From Clostridia bacterium (lineage in GTDB: Bacteria > Bacillota > Clostridia > Oscillospirales > CAG-272): a DNA stretch of 64,000 bases. The stretch lies in the NCBI GenBank assembly GCA_017446155.1, contig JAFSRI010000053.1, positions 78,018-142,017 on the forward strand, in the 5' to 3' direction. Of this stretch, positions 62,482 through 64,000 are shown in pieces. Made by a program: the position numbers and the translations under genes. The notes under the pieces were generated by a model, which was not told where the DNA came from, made no database searches, and saw nothing but the letters and a program-made list of their open reading frames with translations. Within the stretch, counting starts at the first letter, position 1. Every line of letters starts with the position of its first letter.

Positions 62482-63735
62482 ATGCTTGAAGGTATAACGC
62501 GATTTGATATGAACGAGCCGCCTCGCAGGCAAAAGCTGCGTCCGCTTATATGGGCGTTGTGTTTTCCGGACGTGTGGGCACATAAAAACAAACTGACAAA
62601 AATAAATATGGAGGGCGTAAAGCCCCCGTATCTGCTTTTGTGCAATCATAACGCGTTTATGGATTTTAAAGTGGCGGTGAAGGCGTGTTTTCCGAATCGC
62701 GCAAATTATGTTGTGGCGATAGACGGCTTTATCGGCAGAGAAGGACTCCTTCGTACCGTTGGCGGCATTTGCAAACGCAAATTTACAAACGATATAACAC
62801 TTATCCGTCAACTGAAAAAAGTTATAGACAACGGCGACATTGCAACCGTATATCCCGAGGCGAGATATTCGCTTTGCGGAACGACGGCTGTTTTGCCGGA
62901 GTCATTGGAAAAACTGGCGAAACTTCTTAAAGTGCCGGTTGTGACGCTTATTTGCCACGGGCATCATGTAAATTCACCGTTTTGGAACGTGGGAGATAGA
63001 AAAGTTAAACCGACGGAGGCGGAGATGACGTGTGTGGCGACGGCAGAGGAGCTTCAAGAACTTTCGCACGAGGAAGTGATGGAGCGCATAGAGAAAGCGT
63101 TTCAATATGACGATTTCAAGTGGCAGAAAGATAGAGGCATACTTGTAAAATACAGGAAACGCGCCGAGGGATTGCACAAAGTGCTCTATCAATGCCCGAA
63201 TTGCGAAACCGAATACAAGATGTCGTCATCCGGCACGACGCTGAAATGCGATTTCTGCGGAAAGCACTGGGAAATGAACGAGGACGGAACGCTTTCGGGT
63301 TCTGACGGGGTGACTGAATTTTCGCATATTCCCGATTGGTATGAATGGGAAAGGGCAAACGTGCGTCACGAGGTCGAGTGCGGTGAATATTCGGTTTCGC
63401 TAAACTCTGTCGTAAACGCTTTGCCGAACGCAAAAAAGTTCATAAATATAGGCAACGCCAAATTTACGCATAATGAAAAAGGTTTTACGCTTGAAGGGAA
63501 CGCCAACGGCGAGTTTTATTCGCTCAACATTCCCGTGCCTGACGCATATTCGGTTCATATAGAATATGAATATCTCGGCAAATACGGCGACTGCGTTGAC
63601 CTTAATACTCTTAAAGACACGCTGTACGTTCATCCGCTCGAAAGTGACTATTCGGTGACGAAAATAGCGCTTGCAACCGAGGAACTCTATAACAAATATT
63701 GGCGGGAGAAAAAGGCGGAGAAAGAACCGGAATGA
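62482..63735 (+). CDS. PlsC-family (lysophospholipid) acyltransferase with a long C-terminal extension containing a zinc ribbon
   Basis: HX4D motif NHNAFMD, block III YPEARYS and CPNC-x16-CDFC. Confidence 0.7.
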   Translation: MLEGITRFDMNEPPRRQKLRPLIWALCFPDVWAHKNKLTKINMEGVKPPYLLLCNHNAFMDFKVAVKACFPNRANYVVAIDGFIGREGLLRTVGGICKRKFTNDITLIRQLKKVIDNGDIATVYPEARYSLCGTTAVLPESLEKLAKLLKVPVVTLICHGHHVNSPFWNVGDRKVKPTEAEMTCVATAEELQELSHEEVMERIEKAFQYDDFKWQKDRGILVKYRKRAEGLHKVLYQCPNCETEYKMSSSGTTLKCDFCGKHWEMNEDGTLSGSDGVTEFSHIPDWYEWERANVRHEVECGEYSVSLNSVVNALPNAKKFINIGNAKFTHNEKGFTLEGNANGEFYSLNIPVPDAYSVHIEYEYLGKYGDCVDLNTLKDTLYVHPLESDYSVTKIALATEELYNKYWREKKAEKEPE

Positions 63736-63775
63736 GTTATATAAAACAAAACGATCAGGGAGAGTTTTATTGATT

Positions 63776-64000
63776 ATGCTGTTTCGGAAACTATTCGGTT
63801 GGCGCAATAAAGACAAGAAGGCAACCGTTACAAACAAAAAAATACCGATCGAAGATATTACAGAGTTTTACCATACTTATGAGAATATCAACTTTAATGC
63901 TTTTTATCAAAGATATCGTTTTTACAAAAAAGACGATAAGTTTATGTTCTGTCACGAGACAAGAGAAAAGCCGGGTGAATACGGACCGACAACGGAAAAG
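63776..64000 (+). CDS. hypothetical protein, 5-prime partial view (runs off the window)
   Basis: ATG at 63776 with GGGAGAG upstream. Open for 75 codons to the window end. Not in the ORF track. Confidence 0.4.
   Translation, partial: MLFRKLFGWRNKDKKATVTNKKIPIEDITEFYHTYENINFNAFYQRYRFYKKDDKFMFCHETREKPGEYGPTTEK

Noticed and set aside
1-64000. Mobile elements, prophage, integrons, CRISPR-Cas, restriction-modification or other recognisable defence islands.
   Set aside because: None of the translated ORFs shows transposase, integrase, recombinase, Cas, methyltransferase-endonuclease or phage structural motifs. The only toxin-like gene is the solitary mazF.

Overview
This is a dense chromosomal segment: about 62 CDS, 1 tRNA, no rRNA, no CRISPR array, and no transposase, integrase or phage genes. 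Gene content suggests a Gram-positive, Clostridia-like genome (my inference). All family names come from motif recognition by eye; no database search was run.

Most of the window is housekeeping:
- **1.9-7.8 kb:** class A PBP, M23 and M28 peptidases.
- **8.3-14.5 kb:** a DeoR-linked 2-oxoacid dehydrogenase operon in the order E2-E3-fused E1 alpha/beta.
- **15.7-19.5 kb:** asnA, then an amino-acid ABC importer behind a lysine (L-box) riboswitch.
- **19.7-23.5 kb:** a parvulin-type PPIase, then a DUF1538 membrane protein with two PII-like genes.
- **24.1-27.3 kb:** yajC, a solitary mazF and pcp.
- **27.4-40.4 kb:** a long dcw cluster, mraZ-rsmH-ftsL-PBP2B(PASTA)-murE-murF-mraY-ftsW-murG-ftsQ-ftsZ, with a recognisable promoter and MraZ-box operator.
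- **40.8-50.6 kb:** coaD, rsmD, uvrC, ptsH, then rimM-trmD-murJ-Wzy-like-DUF4330 x2, and rpsU.
- **50.8-64 kb (plus strand):** a P-loop NTPase, a PrsA-like lipoprotein, a GT2, an exported MBL/SGNH/RCC1-propeller trio, a CarD-like regulator, tRNA-Val(CAC), a LytS-type kinase with a response regulator carrying an in-frame stop, a lipoprotein and an extended acyltransferase.

I found no clear-cut new defence or mobile system. The observations most worth follow-up are:
- the DUF1538 + 2x PII-like module;
- a circularly permuted substrate-binding lipoprotein under the L-box;
- the exported MBL-SGNH-propeller operon;
- the interrupted response regulator;
- three unexplained structured or repeated non-coding elements at 321-439, 40611-40800 and 58464-58642.
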